A stretch of DNA of 30,411 nucleotides, taken from the IMG/VR virus record IMGVR_UViG_3300010158_004052, positions 1 to 30,411 of that record, one strand, 5' to 3'. The position numbers were made by a program, and so were the translations under genes. Source of the DNA: a virus. Lineage: Duplodnaviria; Caudoviricetes. Below, piece by piece: positions 7,736 to 15,301 of this stretch (position 1 is its first letter; every line of letters starts with the position of its first letter). A model generated the notes under the pieces. The model was not told the origin of the DNA. It saw only the letters and a list, made by a program, of their open reading frames with translations, and did no database searches.

Positions 7736-8538
7736 GCGGCTGAATACTCTTGCGGTGGTAAGAGATCTGCCAACGCTTTCACGGCCTCAATAATATCTAC
7801 CCGATCATTGTCGTCTGAAGCGTCGAATAGCTTACCAATGGCTTCACCCTTTTTTTTCCAGTCACCTTCTTTTGCCACTGCCAGCACATCGTAATACGGC
7901 AGCAGGTAAGCAAACAGGTCGTTGGTGAACGTGGCAATTGGTTTGATATTGCCAGCCTTACTACTCTCTTCTAAAGCTGCTTTCATAACAGCACCGATCT
8001 TGATTCTACAAGGTTTTGAGTCCAGCTCGACTGCTGGTTCTGGTGAGTATTCTATCTTCTTTGCGGATGGGATAGAATCTACTTCTGTTTCGTCAAGCAT
8101 ACCCAAGCTACAGATCGATAAAGTAAGCCTTCTTTTGGCCTTGGTTTCGCATTTCAAGTAGGCGTTCGCCAACGCTTCACCCTTGAGGCCAGAAAGCGAG
8201 ACGGCTCCTGACGCAATATCGCAACGGTTCTGACCGTCAATGCCTTTAACAGTGACAACAAGCATATCGCCGCCGATAACTTGCTGAGTCATTTCTGTAA
8301 TAGAGACATTCTTTATATTCCGAAGCTGTTCGGCGCAATTACGATTTGCGTAGAGAACCAGTTTTCCATTGAGAACCATATAATCAAATGGTTTTGTCAA
8401 TGGATTGATTCCCAGTGATTCGCAAACAGTCATGTAATATTTGATTCTTTCGGGTGGAGACAGTTTGGATAGGTCTCCACCAATCAACGCATTTTCAATC
8501 TCGACGGGTAGCCATCCTGAGTTTTCAGTTGACATCAT
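7732..8538 (-). CDS. Redbeta/RecT-like single-strand annealing recombinase
   Basis: GDLSKLS..ER..YY...CESLGINPLTKPFDY..LNGKLVLYA...ANAYLKCETKAKRRLTLSICSLGMLDETE pattern; YqaJ and SSB in the same operon. Confidence 0.8.
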   Translation of the reverse strand: MMSTENSGWLPVEIENALIGGDLSKLSPPERIKYYMTVCESLGINPLTKPFDYMVLNGKLVLYANRNCAEQLRNIKNVSITEMTQQVIGGDMLVVTVKGIDGQNRCDIASGAVSLSGLKGEALANAYLKCETKAKRRLTLSICSLGMLDETEVDSIPSAKKIEYSPEPAVELDSKPCRIKIGAVMKAALEESSKAGNIKPIATFTNDLFAYLLPYYDVLAVAKEGDWKKKGEAIGKLFDASDDNDRVDIIEAVKALADLLPPQEYSAA

Positions 8539-8857
8539 CTATTCCTTCTTCTTCTTGGATACTGTTCTTGCCAATGTTGGCAACCACCTTACCGAACATG
8601 GAAATCTGATCCATGTTGACGATCACCGTACCTTGATCGATCTGAACAATCCGTTTTGATTCCCAATCAACTTGGAAAAACTCATCGCCTCGGTCAGTCC
8701 TCATCTGGATTATCCCAGGCTTAATACATGCTTCGTGAAGAAGAGAAAAAATCTCTTTCTCAAGGCTTTCCCACTCATATTGAATGGATTTAGATTCGTT
8801 AGCGCACTTTTCAGCTCGACTGATAAGAATTCCCATTTGCAAAGATACGTCCTGCAT
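8525..8857 (-). CDS. Hypothetical protein
   Basis: 110 aa, GGAG RBS, overlaps the next start. Confidence 0.7.
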   Translation of the reverse strand: MQDVSLQMGILISRAEKCANESKSIQYEWESLEKEIFSLLHEACIKPGIIQMRTDRGDEFFQVDWESKRIVQIDQGTVIVNMDQISMFGKVVANIGKNSIQEEEGIDDVN

Positions 8858-8867
8858 GGTTCACTCC

Positions 8868-8897
8868 AAAAAAGGAGCCATGTGGAAACATGGCCCC
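8868..8897 (-). terminator. Intrinsic terminator after the first early gene (tR1-like position)
   Basis: Minus strand GGGGCCATGT-TTCC-ACATGGCTCC-T6 (10-bp stem with one G:U). Confidence 0.75.
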
Positions 8898-8904
8898 AGA
8901 TTGA

Positions 8905-9114
8905 TCAGGATGGACTGTTCTTAGTGAAAATGTTTGCTAAAATTGCGTCCTTTGCCTCAATTGGCTGTTTTAGAAACCAGTCGATAACCTGTCCGCAGAG
9001 CTTTCCAGGATTCACTTCCCGCAGTTGGCTTGTTGGATTCTTAGCTAAATGACGAAGTTGTTCGTCACGTAATAGTTCAGGTCCACCCTCATTGAGCTTG
9101 ATCGATACCTGCAT
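8905..9114 (-). CDS. Small Cro-position regulator, possibly ribbon-helix-helix
   Basis: 69 aa, first gene of the early operon; MQVSIKL alternating strand followed by two predicted helices. Confidence 0.55.
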   Translation of the reverse strand: MQVSIKLNEGGPELLRDEQLRHLAKNPTSQLREVNPGKLCGQVIDWFLKQPIEAKDAILANIFTKNSPS

Positions 9115-9132
9115 TCTTTATCGCCTATAATC

Positions 9133-9235
9133 TGGAATTTTCCAAAATGCTAATGATTCAAATCATTTTGAGCACATTGGACAATTTGATCATAATCTAC
9201 TTATCATTATAAAGTCAATCAAAAAATTATAAAGT
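9133..9235. promoter_or_regulatory. Leftward early promoter with candidate operators
   Basis: Minus strand TTGACT(9218-13)-N18-TATGAT(9194-89); direct repeat attataaagt at 9206-15 and 9226-35; inverted repeats aatgatt-ca-aatcatt (9152-67) and tggaa-tt-ttcca (9133-44). Confidence 0.65.
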
Positions 9236-9280
9236 TCAAAGTTTTTTTCTACCTCTTTTGTTTCTGTTCCAAATTTACTA

Positions 9281-9309
9281 TTGAAGAAGTTTTGTTTTTT
9301 GTGTAAATT
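9281..9309 (+). promoter_or_regulatory. Rightward promoter for the repressor-position gene
   Basis: TTGAAG-N17-TAAATT. Confidence 0.45.
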
Positions 9310-9362
9310 AGTTTCAGCGGTCTAGGTTTTGAGAATGCCATGTGTTTTACGGAGCAAGGGTA

Positions 9363-9677
9363 ATGCAGACACCAGTAGATGAATCTCGTCTGACTCATCA
9401 GGTAGATGAGCGTGTAAAACAGAGACTAAAACCATCAGCAGAGTTTAGGCTTCACGCAAATTCTGTTGAGCCTGTGCAAAACGAAATCAGAAAACTTGCT
9501 GCTAGGCAAGTTTTTAAGGGCGAGACTGGAAAGTTGAAGGATCTGATAAACTATACCCTGCTTGCGCTTGTTGCGTATCCAGATTTAGCCGATAAGCTCT
9601 ATACTGAGGGTAAAGCAATGTTCAACGAAACACTCAATACAGGAGTTGTTCCAAAACAGTTGACGAACCCGTCATAA
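9363..9677 (+). CDS. Repressor-position hypothetical protein
   Basis: 104 aa from ATG 9363 (GGAG upstream); divergent from the early operon, upstream of attP/int; no XRE-HTH or S24 motif recognised. Confidence 0.6.
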   Translation: MQTPVDESRLTHQVDERVKQRLKPSAEFRLHANSVEPVQNEIRKLAARQVFKGETGKLKDLINYTLLALVAYPDLADKLYTEGKAMFNETLNTGVVPKQLTNPS

Positions 9678-9796
9678 TCTATTCGATATGACTTGTTGTA
9701 CCTAAGCTAATCCGTTTGCTTCCCTTATAGGATGTAAACCCTTTAGGATTAAGACTTACCCGCGAGGATTTGTTCCATGCTGACCATTGCGGAAAA

Positions 9797-9838
9797 CTCC
9801 GGAGCAAAAGGTCCCCCGTTCAAATCGGGGCGGGTGTA
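9797..9838 (+). other. attP core: 3' half of tRNA-Arg(CCG)
   Basis: CT-CCG-GA anticodon loop, GCAAA 3' stem strand, AGGTC variable loop, CCCCG-TTCAAAT-CGGGG T-arm, CGGGTGT acceptor strand, A discriminator; 5' half absent; ~100 bp upstream of the integrase. Confidence 0.9.
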
Positions 9839-9942
9839 TTTGGTTAAGCCTTTACGATACGGGCTTTTATGGCATGGATGTTTAAATTGGTATTGGCTCG
9901 GATTGTTTGACAAAGATGTTGAGAATCTTCGACGGTGGCGGC

Positions 9943-11031
9943 ATGTCAAGACCGCCTAACCCTATACCACGGTATGTCTTGCATAGTTCTGGCCGCGCCA
10001 GAATATACTTTGACAAGGTTTTTCAATACCTGCCAGGTTCTTATGGCTCGCTTGAGTCATGGGCACGGTATCATGAGCTTTGCGAGGTTGTCGCCGCAAC
10101 AGGCAAGTTGCCATTGGATGATGCAAAAAAACAACATCCGTTGACCGTCTCTGAACTCGGACACCGATACTTGACCTATTGTGTCGAATACTATGGTTGT
10201 AACGGTGGTAGGACTAATGCTGTCAACCTCAAATATGCGGTCGAAGCGATCGCCTTGCTATTCGGATCGCGCCTGGCTGATTCGATAGGCCCTGCTGATA
10301 TCAAGGCGGTTCGCAAGTCGTTGATCAATAAAGGAAGTGTGCGCCGGTCTGTCAATAAACGCGCCACTCAGATAGTGACCATGTTTAAGTGGTCAGTCGA
10401 GGAAGGATTGATCCCGGCTGAGGTCTGGCACCGATTGCAGGCTGTCAAGCCGATTGCGATCGGTCGAGAGGGTGCTGTTGATAACGAGCCTGTCAAGCCT
10501 GTCGATGAGGATGTCTTGGCCGCCACTCTTGCCGAGCTGCCACTGGACAAACAAGCCGCGATCAAGGTTCAACGCCTGACCGGCATGCGGTCCGGCGAAC
10601 TGGTGAGGATGATACCGAGCCAAGTTGATATGACCGGCCCGCATTGGATTTACACGTTGTCAAGCCATAAAACCCGTTCGCATATTGGCGACACCTTCAT
10701 TTTGATCCCCGCCCCTGCTGTGGCCATCCTCTTGGATTGCATGCCTGCCAAGCCTGATCAGCCTTGGTTCCCGTGGTCTGTGGACTGGCAAGGCAAGTCT
10801 GTGGCGTTTGCGGCAAAACGTGCCGGCGTTGCCCATTGGCATCCGCATCAGTTGCGGCACAATCTGGCAACCGAAATTGCCGAGCGGATCGGGTTGGAAG
10901 CGGCTCAGAAGGTTCTCAGGCACACCAATTCAAAGATGACAAGGACCTATGCTCGCGACACAATTGACGGTTTAAAGTCTGTAGCCGATAGGCTTTATAT
11001 AAATTTCGGCAAGGTAGAGGAGGGGTCGTAA
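9943..11031 (+). CDS. int: Tyrosine integrase
   Basis: TGMRSGEL (R), HKT (K), HQLRH (H-x-x-R), LRH, TRTY (Y); arm-binding-like N-terminus MSRPPNPIPRYVLHSSGRARI; start ATG 9943. Confidence 0.95.
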   Translation: MSRPPNPIPRYVLHSSGRARIYFDKVFQYLPGSYGSLESWARYHELCEVVAATGKLPLDDAKKQHPLTVSELGHRYLTYCVEYYGCNGGRTNAVNLKYAVEAIALLFGSRLADSIGPADIKAVRKSLINKGSVRRSVNKRATQIVTMFKWSVEEGLIPAEVWHRLQAVKPIAIGREGAVDNEPVKPVDEDVLAATLAELPLDKQAAIKVQRLTGMRSGELVRMIPSQVDMTGPHWIYTLSSHKTRSHIGDTFILIPAPAVAILLDCMPAKPDQPWFPWSVDWQGKSVAFAAKRAGVAHWHPHQLRHNLATEIAERIGLEAAQKVLRHTNSKMTRTYARDTIDGLKSVADRLYINFGKVEEGS

Positions 11032-11049
11032 AGGCAGGTTAGCAGAGTT

Positions 11050-11286
11050 CTAGTGCTTAATTTTGTTATGTAACAATATGTTTTTAAGCCTATCATTTTC
11101 TTTAGTTATACTTAGATGCTCTCTGTTTTGCTTTTCGTATCTTATCCTACCAGAAGTCAACATTTCTGCTATAGTTTTTTGCAATGCTACATTTTGTTTT
11201 GTCAATCCTTCTTCGGATTCTTCCAAAGTAAAGATTCGATTTCGCAGCAGTTTGCAATTCTTGCATGATTCTTGATCTTTACTCAT
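11050..11286 (-). CDS. Hypothetical coiled-coil protein
   Basis: 78 aa, CKNC followed by heptad repeats; convergent with int. Confidence 0.6.
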   Translation of the reverse strand: MSKDQESCKNCKLLRNRIFTLEESEEGLTKQNVALQKTIAEMLTSGRIRYEKQNREHLSITKENDRLKNILLHNKIKH

Positions 11287-11750
11287 GGTCGCTTTCTTGT
11301 TTAATGGATCACGCTTGCTGATCGCTCAATCACGCCTAGATTGATTTGTTTGGGTCGTGAAGTCAATGTCAACGGTCTTCCACACGATCAGCACTGTCAG
11401 AACACTACAGTCTACGTGTCCAGAATAGTTGCTATAACAAGCAACAAGTTCAATGGCTATGCATTCGGAAAACATAGTCTATCATAGATCTTGGTATTGA
11501 CCAAGACAAAAACGTGTGCAATAATTATTTTTCACAAGAACCGGCGAAGGCCGGATGCGACGTGACCAATTGGCACTTTGCTAAAAGGTTGCAGAGCAAA
11601 ATAAGAGGTCATTCAAAGATTTTTGGGTAGTTGTTTCTGTGGATTTCTCTCGGTTTGGTTGTTCTATGTATTGCTGCCTTTTCGACCATTGGCGGATTTA
11701 AGAGGTCTTTCAATGGTTTTTTGTTATTAAATCCTGTTTATACTTGTAGT

Positions 11751-12803
11751 TTATGACCAAGTATAGGTTACGTTTGCGGTAGTCAGAATGGTTTCATATG
11801 GACCAGTCTCCAAGGCAAAATCGTAATCGACCAGGGTTATTTTACTTGCAACTGTGATGTTTCCACTACCAATAAAAAGGTTCTCTCTCCAGTCAAATGC
11901 GTAAGGGTCGATTTGAAAACCAATGTAAACATACCTTGGGTTTAGGTTTGTATTCCTCCCCCTTTTGCCAAAAGCACCAACGCCTATGCCGAATGGTATC
12001 GGGTATAGGCCATATCCGCTGCCATCGGGCCGCATTAACCCGGAAATTGCGTTGAATCCACCTAATACATTATCCCAGTACAGTTGAGTTACTACGCCCC
12101 AGGCGTATTCCGATCTCCAACTTCCAGATGCGTTCACTATGTTATATGTCCAGTAATCAGTATACATGCTTGGCTGGTTCTCTTGCCCGCCCTGAAGCTT
12201 TGTTAGATTAAAGGTGCGTCCGTTCATATAATCCATGTAATCATTAAGAAGATAAAGATATTGTAACGTAGGTACTTGAGTCATATTTATACTATTGTTG
12301 GCTCTCGCCCTTAAAGATGTGTCCCAGCTCGCCATGACAGACAGCGTGCTAAAGTTCCACGGGTATAGATTTGATGTGGGACGATTATTTGTACTACTGA
12401 GTTTCAAAAAAAAAATCCACTGACTTGTGTCAGCGTTCCACTTTGCAGGATATCGTGTTGCCCCTATCCCCACATCATCATTGTTTAGTCCGGTTGCCGG
12501 ATGGTAGTCAAGTGTTCCAGAATCTCCGTTGTCGATCCAGACGTACCCCTGTTGAGTCGCCAGCTTGACTTGTCGTCGCCATCCAAAGAAGATTTGCCCG
12601 TTTGCAACCCCTCTTGAGGTCATCCTGATCCAGATAAGTTCACCCGTTACGGTTGGATCTTCTTGAGTTTGATTACGACTTGGCAAACTATATCCAGCCT
12701 GGCCCTGAGCAGCCAGTTGAGTTAGCGACTGATTTACAGAAAAATCCTTCATATTGCGGAGTTGCTGTTCGACTTCGCTCATCCAGCTTTCGTTCGGCCC
12801 CAT
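11751..12803 (-). CDS. Putative tail-tip / receptor-binding protein
   Basis: 350 aa, last gene of the tail operon, GAGGTG RBS, aromatic/Asn/Thr-rich C-terminal part; T10 tract at 12406-12415. Confidence 0.55.
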   Translation of the reverse strand: MGPNESWMSEVEQQLRNMKDFSVNQSLTQLAAQGQAGYSLPSRNQTQEDPTVTGELIWIRMTSRGVANGQIFFGWRRQVKLATQQGYVWIDNGDSGTLDYHPATGLNNDDVGIGATRYPAKWNADTSQWIFFLKLSSTNNRPTSNLYPWNFSTLSVMASWDTSLRARANNSINMTQVPTLQYLYLLNDYMDYMNGRTFNLTKLQGGQENQPSMYTDYWTYNIVNASGSWRSEYAWGVVTQLYWDNVLGGFNAISGLMRPDGSGYGLYPIPFGIGVGAFGKRGRNTNLNPRYVYIGFQIDPYAFDWRENLFIGSGNITVASKITLVDYDFALETGPYETILTTANVTYTWS

Positions 12804-12811
12804 GAATCACC

Positions 12812-15301
12812 TCAAAAAGATATCGGGTCTCTTGCCAGATGGTCTTCAAAGCTATGGAAGTCACGCATCGGGACTCCTACTCTTGGCTTTGCAGTTGTGA
12901 ACCCGACGACTGTAAACGGCATTCTATTTTGTTGAAACTGGATCTGGCATGAAGACATGATGAGTGGGCAGTCTTCTATCCCGCTTCCTGTTGTTGAAAC
13001 GCATGTTTCGTTGGCTGTTACCGTGAAAGCCTGAAGTCTACGTACTGGATTGCTTGATTCTACAGAACTTATCAAGCCTCGGTAATCCCATTCCAGAGGA
13101 ATATTTGCGGTCGGTGTTGGATCGGGTATCCCGTTGACATAGCCAAACCCCCCTTCTACTTGTGGCATCTGAACAGAATCCCAAAGTTCTTTTGCGTACT
13201 GGTCAGCAAACGACTGGTCACGATTATCGTACCAGTCTGGAATGCTTACGATAAGATCACGACTGATTCCGTAGATACTTTTAATCTTGCTCTCAGTCTC
13301 TCCTGCGGCGATGGTTCCGTTTGCATCGTAGTGAGGATATACCGCTTCTTGCGTACCCTCGTAGACTGGCAGGAGAGCTTTGATATTGTATGGGATAATC
13401 TGGAACGGCTGATCAGTTGTCCCGTTTGCTGCCCCAGTATCCCACGGGGGCGTTTTGTCTGTGTAGTTGCCAGTAATTCCGTTGTTGTTTGCGTCTGTAA
13501 CCGACGGTCGATTCAGGACGACAATATTATTTGTAGAGTCAATTCTGAACGATGTCCAGAACGAATTGTAACCCCATGTTGTTCCGATCCGTTGGCGATA
13601 CTCCACCAAGCATTCTGGATACCAGGCTTTTCTCATGCGGGCAGCATCGTAGGATGTCGAGTTTGCGCCGAGTTGAGAGAAGCTCAGACCATCAGCACCT
13701 GTAGGGAATACGGAGCCGAGAACTCTTCGCATCCCTTTTTGGGTTGTCCTTAATGGCGAATTGATAGATACAGAATCAAACTGAACTTTATATTTTCTCC
13801 ATGTTGCAGAACCTTTAATCGTGTATCCATAGATTTCATATGTTGTAGAATAAAAATATCCACTTGGATCAGATGGTGGTCGGTCCACGTTTGGTGCAGT
13901 AGTAATATTACACGACGTAGCATTAGATAACAGAGCATCGTTTGCTGATATGATGAACTCGCCTGAGTCTACTCGCACATCGATATTTGGCGACCCTGTT
14001 TTAGTGAGCTTTCTTCTGACAACGATCCGGCATTCCCTGCGATTGAGACTAGTTCCATCCATCATTGTCAGTTCGTTTGCACTCCATGTTTTCATGTTTG
14101 GAGTAAGTCTGCCTGAAATGTTGCCTGTATCTGGTGTTACCCTTATCAGGGTTGACGCAAGCGAAATATTGCCTGTCGAAAAGCTGACATTCCCTGTAGA
14201 TAATAGGGTTCTACCCCATGTGAAATCACTATGTTGATATCCGATCTTGGCATTTGTATTGGTGATGCCTTCCGTGTCAAATGACTCCACAAGAGAACCG
14301 TTAAACTTCAGCAGGTCGGGAGAATCGTCGAGATTATAGGTGGAATTGGATCTTGGAATCGACCATTGGCAGTAGTAAGGAACAACTCTTGGACCGCCCC
14401 GAACAATAACCCTTGAGTAACTTCCAAGCGTTGACTTTGTAAATCTGAATCCATCGATTGGATCGGACATAAGATCTATTGACTTAGATCTATAAGTGCG
14501 AATATCAAAGATTCTGATGATACCTGAAGGGAGCACGACAAGGCCAAAACTGGGGCAGCATGTGTCAATAATCTGCTGAATAGCTGCAATTACGTTGTCG
14601 CCACCGATCCGAAACTCGAATGGAGTCACAACTGTAAGCGTTGATAAATCGTTGAGCGTGTCTGAGGGGAGTGACGCCAGTTCATTAACGGAATCGATCG
14701 TATAACCACCTATCCCCAAGCTGTACAACCTGAATGCCACGGCATAGTTTTCGAGAATCATCCTGATCGCATCGCCGACCGATTTCCCGCCAGTCGTTGG
14801 CTGGTACTCGGCAAGCATTGCATTCATGTTGAATCGAACTGTATCCCCGTTATCGATTGGACTGGTGACTGGTACACGTTCTGCCCGATTGATCAGTCCA
14901 CGGGCGGTACAGGCGAATGCATACCAGGGAGAATCCATTGTTTCGACTGGCCGAATCTCATGGATATCGCCACAAAATACAAGTAGACAATCAGATGATC
15001 CGTTTGGGCTGAATGCGGTTTTAGTGGTCCTATAATCAAGATAGGCTCTAACTTCTGCTCCTTGTAGCGACCAAACGTCCATCGGATTTACAGTCGATGG
15101 TGCTGTTGTTGGGCTTGATCTTGGTCCAGATCCAACAACTGCAAACTCCATTAATGGAGTGCCTTGCATGACCCACGTCTGGATAGAGCTTACCTGAATG
15201 CCTAGCGTTGATGGCTTGCAATCCGATGGGTTTATCGTTGATGGGATTGTGCTGGATCTGAGTCGGAAGTAAACGTAGAGCGTAGGACTATTGTTAGCCA
15301 T
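12812..15301 (-). CDS. Tail hub / tail-tip protein
   Basis: 829 aa directly after the tape measure gene; LVFCGDIHEI, SVGDAIRMIL, YSRVIVRG, IYGISR...YAKEL features typical of hub/Tal-like folds. Confidence 0.65.
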   Translation of the reverse strand: MANNSPTLYVYFRLRSSTIPSTINPSDCKPSTLGIQVSSIQTWVMQGTPLMEFAVVGSGPRSSPTTAPSTVNPMDVWSLQGAEVRAYLDYRTTKTAFSPNGSSDCLLVFCGDIHEIRPVETMDSPWYAFACTARGLINRAERVPVTSPIDNGDTVRFNMNAMLAEYQPTTGGKSVGDAIRMILENYAVAFRLYSLGIGGYTIDSVNELASLPSDTLNDLSTLTVVTPFEFRIGGDNVIAAIQQIIDTCCPSFGLVVLPSGIIRIFDIRTYRSKSIDLMSDPIDGFRFTKSTLGSYSRVIVRGGPRVVPYYCQWSIPRSNSTYNLDDSPDLLKFNGSLVESFDTEGITNTNAKIGYQHSDFTWGRTLLSTGNVSFSTGNISLASTLIRVTPDTGNISGRLTPNMKTWSANELTMMDGTSLNRRECRIVVRRKLTKTGSPNIDVRVDSGEFIISANDALLSNATSCNITTAPNVDRPPSDPSGYFYSTTYEIYGYTIKGSATWRKYKVQFDSVSINSPLRTTQKGMRRVLGSVFPTGADGLSFSQLGANSTSYDAARMRKAWYPECLVEYRQRIGTTWGYNSFWTSFRIDSTNNIVVLNRPSVTDANNNGITGNYTDKTPPWDTGAANGTTDQPFQIIPYNIKALLPVYEGTQEAVYPHYDANGTIAAGETESKIKSIYGISRDLIVSIPDWYDNRDQSFADQYAKELWDSVQMPQVEGGFGYVNGIPDPTPTANIPLEWDYRGLISSVESSNPVRRLQAFTVTANETCVSTTGSGIEDCPLIMSSCQIQFQQNRMPFTVVGFTTAKPRVGVPMRDFHSFEDHLARDPISF

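Noticed and set aside
9760-9840. Functional tRNA gene
   Set aside because: No 5' acceptor strand, D-arm or 5' anticodon-stem strand; only the 3' half is present, so called attP.
9749-9959. Excisionase among the short ORFs over attP
   Set aside because: The ORFs span the att core, lack an RBS and show no wHTH/Xis pattern.
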